DNA of 64,000 nucleotides from Eledone cirrhosa (Eukaryota): NCBI GenBank assembly GCA_964016885.1, contig OZ024745.1:46500001-46564000 (forward strand), read 5' to 3'. How positions within the stretch are numbered: the first letter of the stretch is position 1; each line of letters starts with the position of its first letter. Of this stretch, positions 61,376-64,000 are shown piece by piece. The notes below the pieces were generated by a model, which saw nothing but the letters and a program-made list of their open reading frames with translations, made no database searches and was not told the DNA's origin. A program made the translations under genes and the position numbers.

Positions 61376-64000
61376 GTCTGTCTGATGGGCTTCATCTACC
61401 AAATTTAATCTCCAAGGCTCAATTAGATGACACTTGCCCATGGCACAATACAGTGGGAGCCAATCCAAAAGCACATCATTATAACCTGAGCTTTTTAACC
61501 AAACAGCCATGCCTGTGACCCAGCATGTTTAGAAATAGTTGCTCATTACAAATATTAGAATTATTAAATATTAAAGAAAAATCCATAAAAGTCATATTAT
61601 GAAAGAGGAATGCTATTAAGTTAGCATGGTGCTTGCAATTACTTTAAAGATTCTTATCCCATTTTCCATAAAGTTAGTACATAATTGTAAGTTTTATTTT
61701 GAATCAATAAATGAAGAAGCAGCTGTGACAGTGCCGCTATAGAACAATATAGCCTAATCAATACTTTATCGCTGAACTAAACACACTTTCATAAATAATA
61801 CATCTACCAAATATTTCACAGCCATTCCCTAAAACAGGCATCATATAATTTATAGATGATTCTGCAAACTTTTCATTTTGTTGCCTTATTTTGGTATAAA
61901 GTGGAACCTTGGTTCACAAATGCCTTTCAACATGAACAAATCGATTCACGAACAATTTTTCCGAACATGGTTGACAAAGAGTGTCTCGAGTAATGAACAC
62001 ACAAGCCGGCAACTACAGTTGGCAACAATCTGGAAGTATTGGCAGGAAAGTGTCACTTGCTGTGTAGTTAGTTACTATGGTGATATCTATCTGTCTTTCA
62101 CACAGTCTCTCTGTCACATTTCATTTCTCTATTGTCTATTGTCTCTATCACACTTTATGGTTACAGGCATGGCAGCGGGGTTAAGAAGTTTGATTCACAA
62201 TCTGGAGGTCACTGGATCAATCCCACTATGTGGAGTTTGAGGAATTAATTGTCTTTGTCTTAGCCTTTAGATTGACCCAAACCTTGAGTGAAATTAGGTA
62301 GACAGAAACTGTGGGGAAGCCCATTGGATGAATTATACCAATGATTCAATGGTTCAACTTTGTTACATTCAGTGCCATGCTGATTCGACTTGGGAATTAT
62401 GTTAATGGTACTTGTATCTGTGGAATACTTGGCCACTTATACATGAATTCACAAATCAGGTGCTCAGTTGGTCTAACAACTGAATGCTCATTGTCAAAAC
62501 TAAGGGGGGCTCCCACCACACTTTCACTTCAAATCACCAGCAGTTTAATTGCATTGAAGGCCTCTAGTTCGGCTCATCAGACTCAATAATCATCCTCAGT
62601 GACTTCAATGTAGACAACTCTTCTTGGTTATTGCAGTCCTTTTGCACTGACATTCTTGGCACATCTGGTTGGGGCCTACTACCAGAAGGGCCTAGATTTT
62701 ACATTTGGTCTGTGTATATTACCAACTTTGCATGAACCTGTTCCTACAATCTCACTTCTAATCAGAATCTACTCATAATTCACCAGAATAAAGTTTGTCT
62801 TTTTGTAATGGAAAAATTCCAATATTTGAAGAAAAACCTTTTCATCAGTAAATTTGATTGAATGTACTTCAGTTTAATTCTTTGTAATATTTCAAAATTA
62901 GAGTTTTACAATAATGAATAGGATACTTCAAATATGATTTTAAAAAAAATATTGTTATTGCATAAAATCTATTTTCCTTTTTTTTTTTCTAAACATGTTT
63001 TATAAAATTTTCTAAATTTGGATCGATATTTTTCAGCATATGAAAATGTTATATGGCATTACAGTCACAATATATATAAAAATTCAGGTATTTCAGTATG
63101 TTCTTAGAACTAGTCTTTAACTTTTAAAAAATACTTTGATAAATGTATTAATTCTATTTAAAAAATATACACAGATTTGAAATGCTAACACAACACCATC
63201 AGTTGAACAGCACATCTTAGCTACACCACTTAGACCAGATAGCAAATGCTTTGTCACAAAGAACAGCTAGTGATATCTCCTGCATTTATTTAATTGTAAG
63301 CGTTCTTTAAAGCATTAACCATTCTATTAACTCTTAACATCCTCTACCATAGGAAAACACAGCAGCAAAATATTCTTCACAAGTAAAAAACAACAATGAA
63401 CCCTCTAACCTAAGAGAGATAGTTCTAATTATTACGTAAAATAATTAACAACCATTCACACAGAACATTATTTTTTAACATGATTGTTACATTAAATAGT
63501 AATGTCTTTAGTCTAATACTACAGATTTTTACAATGATCTGTTTACAAGCAGAAATACTGTAAGCATTAACAAACCCATTTTTAGATATTTTCTAATTAT
63601 GGGATATTAAGTGGAAGTATTACCTATTTCTTAACCAAGAAATAGAAGAAAAATAAAATGAATTACTTAAAACTACAATGTGGTGTCTAGAGCAAAGTTT
63701 TGGCCCATTTCCTTTGGGTCCTTAGGATTTCTCCGAAAATATTTCCTTGGCTTTTTCTTTAAAAATTTGAAAGAATTTTGGTCAAAAATCCTATTGAGAA
63801 TTTATTTCAAAATATTTTAAAAAATTCAATTTAAAGTTTAGATGCATTTTTATTTTATTAGTTAATGATATTCTTTTATTTATTTAATATTTTTTCCATT
63901 ATTTCAAAAAATTACTGATGAGGTTTAAAGAATTTTGGTAAAAATTATATCAGAAAAAAATGTATTAAAAATTTCTGAAAAATTTTTGCAAAAATGTTTT

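Overview
AT-rich, repeat-dense animal genomic DNA. The SINE/RTE repeat content is most consistent with a cephalopod such as Octopus, but the organism is inferred. Two host genes are supported. (1) A 7-exon DEAF1 orthologue on the + strand (3761-26570, 462 aa as assembled by hand) with SAND/KDWK, CTCAACC, NLS and coiled-coil regions, but ending without the usual MYND finger. (2) A convergent, intronless 632-aa secreted protein on the - strand (36946-38844) with six Sushi/CCP modules and one SRCR domain. The rest is mostly decayed mobile DNA: nested RTE-clade LINEs in DEAF1 intron 1 (one family with a PHD-type finger inside its RT), CRE-type RLE fragments, an I/Ingi-like LINE, Tc1/mariner elements, TA- and TTAA-type MITEs, tRNA-derived SINEs and a Gypsy protease remnant. 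A 7.5-kb Helitron nest (43852-51343) has definable termini, a head-to-tail junction, a Rep-less PIF1 helicase derivative and a G-rich ~20-bp minisatellite. No CRISPR array, rRNA or true tRNA gene was seen. All calls come from reading the sequence by eye; no database searches were run.
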